From assembly GCA_054661495.1 (NCBI GenBank), contig BAAFSQ010000014.1, positions 30,001 to 62,000 of the forward strand: 32,000 bases of DNA, given 5' to 3'. Below are positions 11,883-23,288 of this stretch, piece by piece. A program made the position numbers and the translations under genes. Below the pieces are notes generated by a model that was not told the DNA's origin, searched no databases, and saw nothing but the letters and a program-made list of their open reading frames with translations. How positions within the stretch are numbered: position 1 is the first letter of the stretch; every line of letters begins with the position of its first letter. The stretch is from Zygophlyctis sp. KS116 (taxonomy: Eukaryota; Fungi; Chytridiomycota).

Positions 11883-12393
11883 ATGAATTTGTCTGAATTT
11901 CCTCCATTCTACACTCTACAACCAAATCTAGATACTAAAAATAAACAATTAAATTTATGGAAGGAATATATTCTTCAGATTTCTTTAAAAAATAGACTTT
12001 GGATCTTGGATTATAAAATATTCAAAAATTCAAAAATTAATAGATCTTGCAGTCCTGAATTTATAAATCTCATAATAGAAGAATTGGTAAATTCTGGTAT
12101 TTTTTCTAATTTTATCTAAAATTCAAGGAGTTGCAGAATACAAAAAAAACAAGGAATTAATGATTTATTTTAAATCTCCTAGTGAATGGGGATATATAAT
12201 TCATTCTTTTTACAAGGATTTGGGACAATTAGGAACAGTTTTAACATTTTTTGAAATTATAAATACAGAGGATCAGGAATTCTCTGGGATAGATGAGGAT
12301 GCATTAAAAAAATCTCTAATAACTCTAGTCAAGGGAGGGAAAGCTGTTATTTTCTCTGCATCACAAGACTCTCAAGGCGTAAAGTTTTTCTAA
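11883..12393 (+). CDS. VPS25: ESCRT-II subunit Vps25 (~159 aa)
   Basis: FPPFYTLQPNLDT..KQL..W, IYFKSPSEWG, C-terminal GVKFF; intron 12097-12127 (31 nt). Confidence 0.92.
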
Positions 12394-12416
12394 AATCTAG
12401 AAAAATCACTTTAAAA

Positions 12417-14786
12417 ATGGAATTTTGTTCTCATTCTAATGGAATAACTACTCCTACTAATAATACTAGAATATTCAAGGATGAATGTACCTTGTGTTTT
12501 GACAATCAAGTAAATATTTGTACAAATTGTTTTAATGGTTCTTGTTCAAACCATTCAAACTTACATTTTAACAAGAGAGCACATCCAGTTTATATTTCTA
12601 TTAGAAAAATTAGAGTAAAAGAGTCCAAAATACTCAAATTGGAAATAAAACAAGAGGAATTTAGTCTAGAAATTCAAGTTGAATGTAAAATATGTTCAAA
12701 AGCCTCTAGTTTAGAGGATTTAAAGGATGATAAATTGTTGAAAGTTGTGGATTTTATTAAAAATTCAGTCTCTGCAAAGGATCAGTCTCAAATAAAGGCT
12801 TGGGAACAGGAAATTGTGTCGTGTTCTCACATTCTCAATTTAGTACAAGAGTCTAAAAGTTTAGATAAAAACTGTAGAAACTGTGATTTAAAAGAGAATT
12901 TATGGGCTTGTTTAACTTGTGGGAATTTGGGTTGTGGAAGAGCTCAGTTTGGAGGTGTTGGAGGAAATGGTCATGGTTTATTACATTATGAATCTTCTCA
13001 ACATCCGGTGGCTGTAAAATTAGGTACTATTACGGCAGATGGGAATGCAGATGTCTTTTGTTATGCTTGTGGAGAGGAAAGAATTGATCAAGATTTACCA
13101 AAACATTTAAGAAATTTCGGAATTGAAATAGATTCAGTTCAAAAAACTGAAAAAAGTCTAGGAGAAATGGTAATTTTGGGATTTTTAATTATAAGCAATT
13201 AGAACAGAATTTAAAGTTTGATTTTAGTATGACAACTCAAGACGGGAAGAATTTAACTCCTCTCTTTGGTCCAGGTTACACTGGACTAAAGAATTTAGGA
13301 AATTCTTGTTATATGGCGTCTATATTACAGGTTTTATTTTCTATCCCGTCTTTTTATTCTAAATATTACAACAGTAATCATCATATTTCTTGCAATTTAA
13401 TTCCTGCGGATTGTTTTCATTGTCAAATGGAGAAATTGGCAAATGGTTTACTCTCTGGACAGTATTCAATTCCTATTTTTGATGAAGATGGTGAAAAAAA
13501 GGGTCAAGATGGAATTCCTCCGTTTATGTTCAAGGAGTTGATTGGAAAAGGACATTCAGAATTTTCTTCAATGCGTCAACAGGTACCACATTAAATTATT
13601 TAGAATTTTAGGATGCACAAGAATTTCTTCAGCATATGCTTTCAGTTGTAGAACAAAAAGAAAAAAGTTTTGGGGTCGATCCAACTTTGGGATTCAAGTT
13701 TAAGATGGAACAAAAGAAACAGTGTCTAAAATGTAATAGAGTTGGCTATCGAAATGAAAATACTTCAATGTTATCATTAATAGTTCCATCAATTAAGTCT
13801 GGAAACTTTTTAGAGAATGGGAAGCCTGAATATCTGCCAGTTAGTTTTGATAATATCTTGGATCGTTATTTTGCAGTGGATCAGCGCGATTTTCAATGTC
13901 CCTTTGACAATGAGAAGACTATTGCTGGATTGTAAGTATTTAAAAGATTAAGATCAAGTACATCTCGATTTTTTAATTTACCGGATATTCTGATATGTAC
14001 TCTATCACGATTTGCAATTGGAGAAGGTTGGGTGATGGAAAAATTAAGTATTTTCAATTCATCATAATGTTTAGATGTTTCGGTAGATATTCCGGAAGTT
14101 TTGGATCTTTCCAAATATGTATCAGCAGGTAAATTGGACTCTGAAGAGCTTTTGCCAGATGATAAACACGGTTTGTTGTTTTGAAATGATAATAGTAGAC
14201 GATGCAGGCCAGGTCGATCCTGCTGCCATGGAACAGCTCATGTCAATGGGATTCAGTGAAATTCGTTGTACAAAAGCTCTGCTTGCCACAGGGAATCAAG
14301 GCAGTGAGAATGCTATGAATTGGCTGTTCGAACATATGGATGATCCAGATATTGATGCACCTATTTCTAATGGAGAGGAATCCCATAACTCTGAAGATAT
14401 CAGTCAGCTGGTAAATATGGGATTTTCTGAGAAACAAGCCAAAAAAGCACTTAAAGAAACGGGAAATAATATTGAGCGTGCAGTTGACTGGCTCTTTAGT
14501 CACGCTGATGAACCGATTGTAGACGATATGATGGAAACCACAGAACATACTGAAGGTTTGATTTTTCTGTTTAAATTTAGTTCCAAAACATACTGGGCCG
14601 GCAAAGTATCGACTCTTTGCATTTGTTTCTCACAAAGGGTCGTCCGCTCATTGTGGTCACTATGTTTCTTTTATCTTGAAAGATGATAAATGGGTTATTT
14701 ATAATGACAATAAGGTTGCACAAGTTGATGATATATCTAATCATATAAAGGATGGATACTTGTATTTCTTTAAGAAAGATAATTAA
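12417..14786 (+). CDS. UBP14: Ubiquitin C-terminal hydrolase Ubp14/USP5 (ZnF-UBP, two UBA domains), ~735 aa
   Basis: NLWACLTCGNLGCGRAQFGGVGGNGH, Cys box GLKNLGNSCY, two UBA domains, His box SHKGSSAHCGHY. Introns 13170-13195, 13583-13611, 13932-13958, 14048-14074, 14171-14198, 14556-14580. Confidence 0.95.
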
Positions 14787-17199
14787 TGCCGTTGCATCTC
14801 TTTCAGGAACTTTGGGAAATAAGCAAGCTTGTTTCTGGCCTTTTCTGGTAGCTTCTTGTCTATTTTATGTCTGAAATAAATTAGAAAGGATTCTAGAACA
14901 TACCTTTCCGGCTGTGAGTCTGCTTTCCCTTTGAATAATAACATTTGTTCTTTAGCATCGATCGACACATGAATTCCGTCATTAAACATCATTTGAAATT
15001 TTCTATCATTGATTTTGATCATCCATCCTACATCTTGAAGATATTGAGATTGTATCTCAATATTTTGATTAGAAATTACTGATGCATTTTCATCAGAAGC
15101 CAGTTTCTTAACCGCGAAATTACGTGCTGAAGTTACTGAAATGTCGGTTCTATCTGATGTCATGTCTATATATTAATAATCTAACTTGAATTATACCTGT
15201 TGTTGATTTCCTGCTATGATAATCACTACGCCTATTTGGATTACTGATCGCTGAATATGAGGAGATTACAGAAGGATGAATTGATGGAGATGGACTTGCA
15301 GTTCTATTTCTACCAGGTGAATCGTTACAGGTTGAAGATTTTAAGATAATCGGATATTTTGCTTGAGCGTCTGACCTTGCGGCATTCTCGATATCTGTAA
15401 TTTGTCGTAGACAGTCTTGGGCATGTTTTATCAATAGTTGTTGAGCCAGCGTTAATTGTTCTTGGTCTGGATAAAGCGTATTAAATTTCGCGATATCCAT
15501 TTTATCATCTTTACCTCTTTCTTTGATCAAATTTTTGATAGTTAGTTCTTTCTTTAGCAAGGAAATGTGTATCTTTGTTTCGTTTGTATAAAATGCCATT
15601 TCAAAGTCGGGGAATGGTTCATTTTCCATGAGCATGCACTTTGCCTGTGGTGAATAAAATACAATCTTTAATAATTAGCTAAGGATAGTAATACTTTTGG
15701 AGTTTTGGAACGAATTAATTCTACAAATTTACAAGCATATCCAAACTTCTTGGCAAGACTACTCGGAATGTTCTTATACGGATAAGTTTTCAAGACTGTT
15801 AATTCCGTCTTATCCACAATATTAATCTTCAGTTAGAATATGATTTAATATACAAAAGTCCCATCAGCAGTGATGTCAATGATATATTTCTCTCCAGTAA
15901 AATCCAATCTTAGATTTCCATCATCTAGAATTTCCACAATCCCGTGTTTAGTTTTTTGTTTGATTGGCTTTAATCGAATAGTAGAAAAAGGCAAAGTAGA
16001 GTTCACAACACATCCTGATTTATTTGTATTCATTGTCTGATCGTCTTGTTTCGGATTAGATGCATTTGATTCGTTTTCCTTATTCTATGCATTAGATTTA
16101 AAATCTGTAATACTTCTATATCATAATTTTTGCCTTTAGAAATGTCATTTTTTGAATCTGCGAAAACCATACTTGGATCTTGCAATCTCTGTGTTGGAAA
16201 TTTAGGATCAAAGAACAAGGCATTTAATACCTTTGACAGACTAATCCTTTGGCTGGGATCCTATAAAGTCAATATTAAAGAAATTACTTTTTGAAGTAGC
16301 CTTTTAATCAAGTCTTTAGCTTCTGAAGAAAGGTAATTGGGTATTTGATAATCGGCCTTTGAAACTTTATCCAATGTATTCTTGACACCATTACTCTAAT
16401 ATATTATAAAAAATTGAATACATCAAATGGAGGTGACCCAGTTAACATTGTAAATAGCATACATCCTAAAGACCATAAATCTGATGATAATCCATAAGGG
16501 AGTCTAGAGACTATTTCACTTGTAATTAAATAATAAAACATACGGACTAAGATAGTTTGGTGTACCACACATTGTTTTTTGCTCGCCTTTAGGATCAGAT
16601 AGCTTAACGGCAAGTCCGAAATCTGCAATTTTCTACAAAGTAAATCCAATTTTAAATCTTACACATTCATAATTATCAGTGATCAAAATATTTGATAACT
16701 TAAGATCACGATGAATGATACCATTATTATGCAAATACTGAAGTCCTTTTACGATTGTGATCATGATCCTTCGGACTTCTGGTTCTGTAATACGACCGCG
16801 TCTACGTTGCATATACTTGAATAGTTCTCCATTCTGACAAAATTCCATTACTAAATAAACATATTCCGAATCTTCAAAATAATTATAGAGCTCTAATATC
16901 GCAGGATGATGAAGTTGCCAATGCAGCTCAACTTCATTGGCGACACGCGCCGTCATGTTGGCCGCTCGCATGAGTTTCTTATCAATCTATGATATTATAA
17001 ATCTTAGTTACCATTTTAATGGCTACTTCTTGGCCTTTTGATGCATAAGCCTTGCTGGTCGCCCGGTGTACGACACCAAAACCGCCTCGACCGAGCAGCT
17101 CTTTTAGCTGATAGTCCTGGATTTAATTGCATCATTAATTACAGATATATTATTAGAATACTTTTGAGTAGATTTCCTGGGAGAAGAGAAGGATATCAT
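14783..17199 (-). CDS. PLK4: Polo-like kinase 4 (centriole duplication kinase), ~702 aa
   Basis: Kinase motifs [29 protein letters not shown]. Cryptic polo box [17 protein letters not shown] and [27 protein letters not shown]; C-terminal PB3. 11 introns of 25-33 nt restore frame. Confidence 0.93.
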
Positions 17200-17241
17200 T
17201 CAATGTGTCTCAATATTCCTAAAAATAATTTATTCTGCGAC

Positions 17242-19722
17242 TCAGACAGATCGAATGTATGCAAATGTCACCAATTTACAAATTGATTTATAAAAATCCT
17301 CTTCCAATGCATTATCAATATTACTCCATTTATCAAAGGCATCAATGTTTGCAAGTCGTACATGAATCCAGTCATTAAAATCTTCATTGCTACTTAGACA
17401 CGAACAATCAGATAACTGGTGGGTTAAACAATCACTTGAGGTATCCAGACTGAAAATATCCCGTAGATCTTGGGCTGAAATATCACTATTAGAGCTAAAA
17501 TCTTCAAAGATTGAGCTATTCATTCCTAATTTGCTTAATTGTCTTTGGTATATTTTCTCATCAATCATTCCAGTAGAAAGAAATCTATAAATTCGGACAA
17601 CCTTCTTTTGTCCTTTTCTCCAAATTCGAGCCATGGCTTGTGCATCAGTGCTAAAAAATTATAATAAACTATTATACCTTGGGTTCCAATCAATATCCAT
17701 TAGAATCAGTCTTGATGCTCCAATCAAATTTAGGCCCGTTCCTCCAGCTTTTGTAGATAAAAGAAAAACAAATATTTTGTCATCATTGTTGAAATCATCC
17801 ACGAATCTATGGTTTAGTAAAATTCAGTTTACTTTGATCTATTTTGCATACTAGTTTTTCCATCGAGTCGCTTAAAAGTATAATTATTTAATTGACAAAG
17901 ATCCTGAATTAAATTTAGAGTCTGTGTAAAATTAGAAACTATAACAGCCTTATCATTGGTAGCTTTGAATTGCTTCAGAAAGGATGCTAGTAAATCTAGT
18001 TTTGATCCGGCTGACATCATGTCAATTTGATCTTTTGTAAATTTCAGATTAAAGTCCTTTGAGCTTTCTGTGTCGCCCATGACTAATTTAGGCGAATTCG
18101 CAATCTTTCGAAGAGTCATAATCATAGACAGCGTGTCCGCTTGGTTTTTCGGCTGTTCCGTAATTTCGTTTAAATTTCCAGAAGAAATTATGTGTTCATA
18201 AAGAGATATTTGGAGTTGATTAGGCTTTACAAACAGTAAAACATCAATTTTAGGGGGTAGAAAATCTGCTATAGATCCAGCGGTTCGTCTTAGAACAAAG
18301 TCACTCGTTATTCGGACTAACTCGTCAGATCTTTCTTTTCCTAATTCTTTTTCAAAATCTGAAGCATCTTGATCTTTGCTCTTCATAATCGGATACTCAA
18401 AAGTCTTTTTAAAAGATGATATAGAACCAAGAAATCCAGGATTGATAATATCCGCCATTGTGAAAAACTAAACAATTAAATTCATAAAATACTTCTTCCA
18501 GGTCATTTTGTATTGGAGTCCCAGTAAGTATAATTCGACGCATACAAGACAATGAATTTATCGCCTTTGTAATCTGAACTTTGCTATTCTTTAATCGATG
18601 TCCTTCGTCACAAACTAACAGATCAAATTTTGCATTACTTAAATCATCAATACATGCGCGAAACTTAAGATTAGCCTATCGTTATATTACCTTTTCATAG
18701 CCAATTATCATTACAGAGTACATGATTCCAATTATGAAATGCTTTACATTAGTTTTTTGATCCACAGGAAACACTTTTAACCGATCTCTTCCCAGCCACT
18801 TTTTAAACTCTTTGGTCCAATTAGGCACAAGGGAAGCAGGACAAATAATTAAAACTACTATTAATTTTTCTGCAAAACCTTTTTTGGCGACTGATTTTTC
18901 CTTTTGGAAAGGGCTTTGTTCTATAACAATGTAAATATTTGCAAGCGATTACTTAATAATGTCCAAATCAACGCTATTGTCTGAATACTCTTTCCTAATC
19001 CCATTTCATCAGCTAATATTGCACCTTTCCTTCCATGATCTATATTTTCTTGAGCTTATTACATACCTTTGATTCCCATTACTATTCTCCTTAAAAATTT
19101 AAAATACATACCACATTCATACAAAAATCGCACGCCTTCTCTCTGATGAGAGCGCAATACTTTTGATATTATTGGATCCACAACGACTGCAGTCTGATCC
19201 ACCATGTTAGGAATACTTGTTAGAACAAAGGCATGATCTTATAATTAATATAATCCACATATTACCTGCATTTGGATCGTGCAATACTTTTTTATCAAGA
19301 ATCGTCCGTGTAAGGTGTGAACTTAATGGCTTACTAGACCGGCCTTTTGAAACAATTGATTTATGCACATGTACAGGTTCAATTTGTGATCCTTTGAATA
19401 GATTTTCCATTGAGCATTCGTCCGCATTAATAGATTCTGTAACTTGCAAATCATAATTCCCAATACAAAATTCATCATCTACCGATACCTTTGATTTGGC
19501 AACTGTAATTTCCTTTCCGGTGCTATCCAAAAGCGAAGCCATTCCATTTCTATCCACTAGAAATCCATCATCATCCCAAGTTTTATGCTACGATTACAAG
19601 TCTAAAACAACCTTTTTATTTTGCCGTTTACGATAAACCACTCGGTAGCAATGAGACTCACTGGTTTCCTCCTCGGAAACAATCTTTCTTTTATTATGTA
19701 AAATGTTATGCAACAGTTTCAT
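17242..19722 (-). CDS. RAD54B: SNF2-family DNA translocase Rad54B/Rdh54, ~736 aa
   Basis: N-terminal [74 protein letters not shown]. 10 introns of 24-32 nt; the only in-frame ATG upstream of the N-terminal motif is at 19722. Confidence 0.92.
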
Positions 19723-19723
19723 T

Positions 19724-21678
19724 CTATTTGCACCTTGATACGATCGACGCCTTGTCTAAACTGCAAATCGCCAAAAAAAGTGACGCAAGTCTTGAACTTG
19801 ATCCAGTAGGATCCTTTGAAGACGATAATTGATCCATGATGCAAACCAAATATGCTTCAATACTTTTAAAATCTTTTGGGGTCGAATGTCCTGAAGGAAT
19901 CCAGTCCTTAGGTATTAAACCAATGATCCTTTCAAATGTTTCTAAATCTTGAATAGCTGGTGCAATGGAATAGTATGGCATGATCAATGAATTTAAAATA
20001 TCAATAACTGCATATTGATAAAGTTGAGATTTTGGAAGGAATCTTTTCCACAAGAGAATGCTTTCAAAGGCATTTATAAATAATAGAGTCCATTTTGTAC
20101 GAGATTCAGTAATATCAGCATCAAACGTGAATAAGTTGGAAGATTTATAATTTTCCAAGAGTATTTCTATAGTGATATTAATTCTCTTGACAAGATCTTG
20201 AACAATACTCTACAGCATAAGTAATTAGAAACATACCTTAAATTCATCATCTGTTATATTTAAATAATCTTGTAACTGATTAAAAACAGATAATAGATTT
20301 AAAGTCTGATCCTTGTGAAAGAAATTGTAATACTGCAAAATATTCTTGAATTTAGGTAAAACGAATTTTTTAACAATATTTACAAGTAGAATTGGCTCTG
20401 ATTCATCACCATAGTCTGATAAGAGTTTATGAAATTCAAAATTTTCAAAATTAGTGCTAGCCTTAATCTTAATTTCTTATAAATACTTACACTTAAAGGA
20501 TCCCACAAACATAATTCATGCCGTACATGTACTTCAAACATTCCAGGAACAGCTAGCGTTCCATAACAATTTGAATAGTCTTGAGAATACTTTTTTTTCC
20601 AATCTTCAATTTTTTCCTTAATATATTCTATAGAAAAGTCTTTACAATCACTAAAAAAGCTCTCTAGCTTCCGTCTTGTCTGATCATCAAACCCATCAAT
20701 TTCCATGTCAGAAACATTTTCTGTTTTTAAAAAAGGAAAAGAGTAAGATTTCGCCCTAGAAAGTTTTTCCAATAGTGAATCCAAAGTATTAAAGAGATGT
20801 CTTTCATGATTTCTCTCTCTTTTATCCAAAATTTGATAAAATTCAGCTTCCAATAAAGAAATTAAGGGCTCTTTTTTATCCAAAAATTCCACAAATTCTG
20901 TTAAATAAACCTGAAATTCCTGATAATAATCATAATCTTGTCCAGTTTTCTTAATTTTAATAGATTGTTCTTGTAAAAAGTCTTTACAAGTCTTTAAAGT
21001 CTTTTTTAATTCCTGTAATTCATTACTTGACTCGTGATAATCCTTGTATTCTTTTTCTAAATCTAATTTACAATTTTTCATGAATTCTTGAAACCCGATA
21101 AACTGCCTTGATCCTGGTATAGAAAAATCTTGATTTATTTGAGACTTTTGAAATGAATTCCCTCTTAACCCCTTCTTGATAACATTTTCCTCCCAATCTA
21201 TCAAATCTTCATCACTACTTTCTAATAAAATCTCATTAAACCCCTCTTCCAAGGCCTCCTTATTGATTCTTGTAGCCTCCTTGACTGCATTTTCTCCAAA
21301 AACCAATTTTTCTCCTCTATAATCTTCAAAAATTTCTTCCAAATCCTCCTGTTCCTGCTGAATTTTCAAGCCTTTATTCTCTCCATTTCTCTGTTTGAGC
21401 CTAGAGGATTTAATTTTCTTAATTTCTTCAATAGTAAAATCCTGAAAATCTTTAGCCTGAAAATCTTTAGAATCTTTAGACGACACACCAGCCTGAACCG
21501 TAGTTTTAAACATATTTTCCTTTTTTAAATCTTGTAGAGAATAACTTGCAGTTTCCTCTTGCATGAGTAAAATTGGTTTATTTGGATTTGCCTTTTTAGA
21601 AATTACAACATCATCATTTTCCAATGAGAATGAGAGAAGAGTACTCGCCACCTTCTTCTTGAGAGTCTTGTGTTTCAT
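19724..21678 (-). CDS. GCFC-domain protein (GCFC2/PAXBP1/Ntr2-like spliceosome disassembly factor), ~632 aa
   Basis: LLSFS motif, WEENVIKKG, FFSDC...IKEKIEDWKKKYSQDYSNCYGTLAVPGMFEVHVRHELCLWDPL. Two introns (29 and 27 nt) join the ORFs in frame. Confidence 0.8.
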
Positions 21679-21765
21679 GAATTTTACTTTTTTTCAAACA
21701 ATTTGACATTGTTGACTAGTCCTAGGCCAGCATAACCAGAACCAAACACCAACTCTAGTCAACGA
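21679..21765. promoter_or_regulatory. Divergent promoter region (GCFC / RIB1)
   Basis: 87-nt spacer between head-to-head ATGs. Confidence 0.6.
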
Positions 21766-22451
21766 ATGCAAAGAGAAATGAAATGTCAAATAAAATCAAG
21801 ATTACCAACAGTAAATGGCACTTTTTCAACATTCTACTATCAGGAAAGTAATCATGCCCAGAAATCACACTTGGCACTAACCAGTGGAGACTTTAAATCA
21901 ACCTCTCTGGATGGATGTACCAACACTCTACAAAAACCAGTTCTAGTTAGAATTCATTCCAGTTGTATGACTTCAGAAATATTTGGATCGCAAAGATGTG
22001 ATTGTGCTGAACAGTTGAAAACGAGTCTCAGGCTCATTGGGGAGAAGGGAGGCATTCTAATCTATTTAAATCAAGAAGGAAGAGATATTGGACTCTTGAA
22101 TAAGCTAAAGGCTTATAACTTAATTGATGAGGGATTAGATACTGTAGAAGCTAATCTAGCTTTGGGATTACCAGAAGATAATAGAGATTATAGGATTGCT
22201 GCAGAGATTTTAACAGATTTGGGAATTAAAGATATTTTCTTACTCACAAATAATCCTAAAAAAGTATTGGCAATGGAACAATATAACATTAATGGTATTT
22301 TTTTATAAAACTTATCAAAATAGTAATAAAAAGAATTCCAATACTCTCAAAGGAACTATTAGAAATTTCAGAACGTAATCCACAAAATGAAAAAGAGGAA
22401 TATTTCTTGACAAAAGTAGAAAAAATGGGACATTTATTATCAAAATATTAG
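21766..22451 (+). CDS. RIB1: GTP cyclohydrolase II (riboflavin biosynthesis), ~218 aa
   Basis: VLVRIHSSC..SEIFGSQRCDC, QEGRDIGL..KLKAY, DTVEAN, LLTNNP. Intron 22295-22323 leads to YFLTKVEKMGHLL. Confidence 0.93.
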
Positions 22452-22462
22452 TACATTTTTCT

Positions 22463-23251
22463 TTAAATTGGATAATTTGTCCAAAATTGAAATCTAGAGT
22501 CATCCTTTTCTGCTAATTTTCCCAAAATTATTCTCTTTTCTTCTCCTTTACTCCATAATAAAAGAGTATATAGTGCAAATATAGAGTCTGAATAGGATTT
22601 TACAAAAGATTCATCATTAGTATCTGGATCTAATTTTGAAAAATTTAGAATTCCACGATAATAATTCCAACTAGATTCATTGTCTGGATATAGAGAGATC
22701 TTGTCTTTAACATAATCTAATTCCTTTTTAATAGAAATTTTTCCTAGAGATAATAGAAAATATCTTTGATTCCATGCTGAATTATTATATACATCTTGCT
22801 GTAATAATAAACTTGTGTATTCCAATTCACCATCAAATAATTCAAATTTTTTTATGATCCATTGACGATATGCCCATGCATGATAGTTTTTAGAATCATC
22901 TTTTAGAATCTCTGCAACTGTCAATAGTTCATCTGTAGGATCAAGAGTCAAATTAATAATCTTTTGCCGATAATTCCAAATCTGGTATGTTTTTGGATTT
23001 TCAAACAATAGACTAGTGATCCATTCTAATTCAGCTTGAAGATTATAATTTAATGAAATTATAAACTCCCATCGCCGCTTCCAAACAGTGTAATGGGCGG
23101 GATTATAGTCTTGTAAAATATCTTGCATTACTTTTAAACCATTGAGCGATGCATCGGTTAAAGAATTAAATTCTGCAATCAGTCGAGAGTATTCCTTGGG
23201 ATAAGTAATCTCTGCCAACTTGAATTCCTTGTCAGGCGTTTGGTTTGACAT
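22463..23251 (-). CDS. RAM2: Protein farnesyltransferase/GGTase-I alpha subunit
   Basis: PPTA repeats NPAHYTVW, NPKTYQIWNYRQ, DSKNYHAWAYRQW, DVYNNSAWNQR, PDNESSWNY; intronless. Confidence 0.92.
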   Translation of the reverse strand: MSNQTPDKEFKLAEITYPKEYSRLIAEFNSLTDASLNGLKVMQDILQDYNPAHYTVWKRRWEFIISLNYNLQAELEWITSLLFENPKTYQIWNYRQKIINLTLDPTDELLTVAEILKDDSKNYHAWAYRQWIIKKFELFDGELEYTSLLLQQDVYNNSAWNQRYFLLSLGKISIKKELDYVKDKISLYPDNESSWNYYRGILNFSKLDPDTNDESFVKSYSDSIFALYTLLLWSKGEEKRIILGKLAEKDDSRFQFWTNYPI

Positions 23252-23288
23252 TTGGTTTGGCGCTCAGAAAAATATTAAGGACAAGGAT

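Noticed and set aside
12379-12400. 22-nt GT-AG spanning the VPS25 stop, as a possible VPS25-UBP14 fusion
   Set aside because: Splicing is out of frame with the UBP14 ATG and would remove the conserved GVKFF end.
5058-19722. Fragmented ORFs as pseudogenes, frameshifts, or an alternative genetic code
   Set aside because: Every break is explained by a GT-AG mini-intron that restores frame; no stop-codon reassignment is needed.
21766-22451. RIB1 as a recent bacterial horizontal transfer
   Set aside because: Fungi natively encode GTP cyclohydrolase II, the gene has a host-type intron, and its composition matches the flanks. Only a phylogeny could revive the idea.
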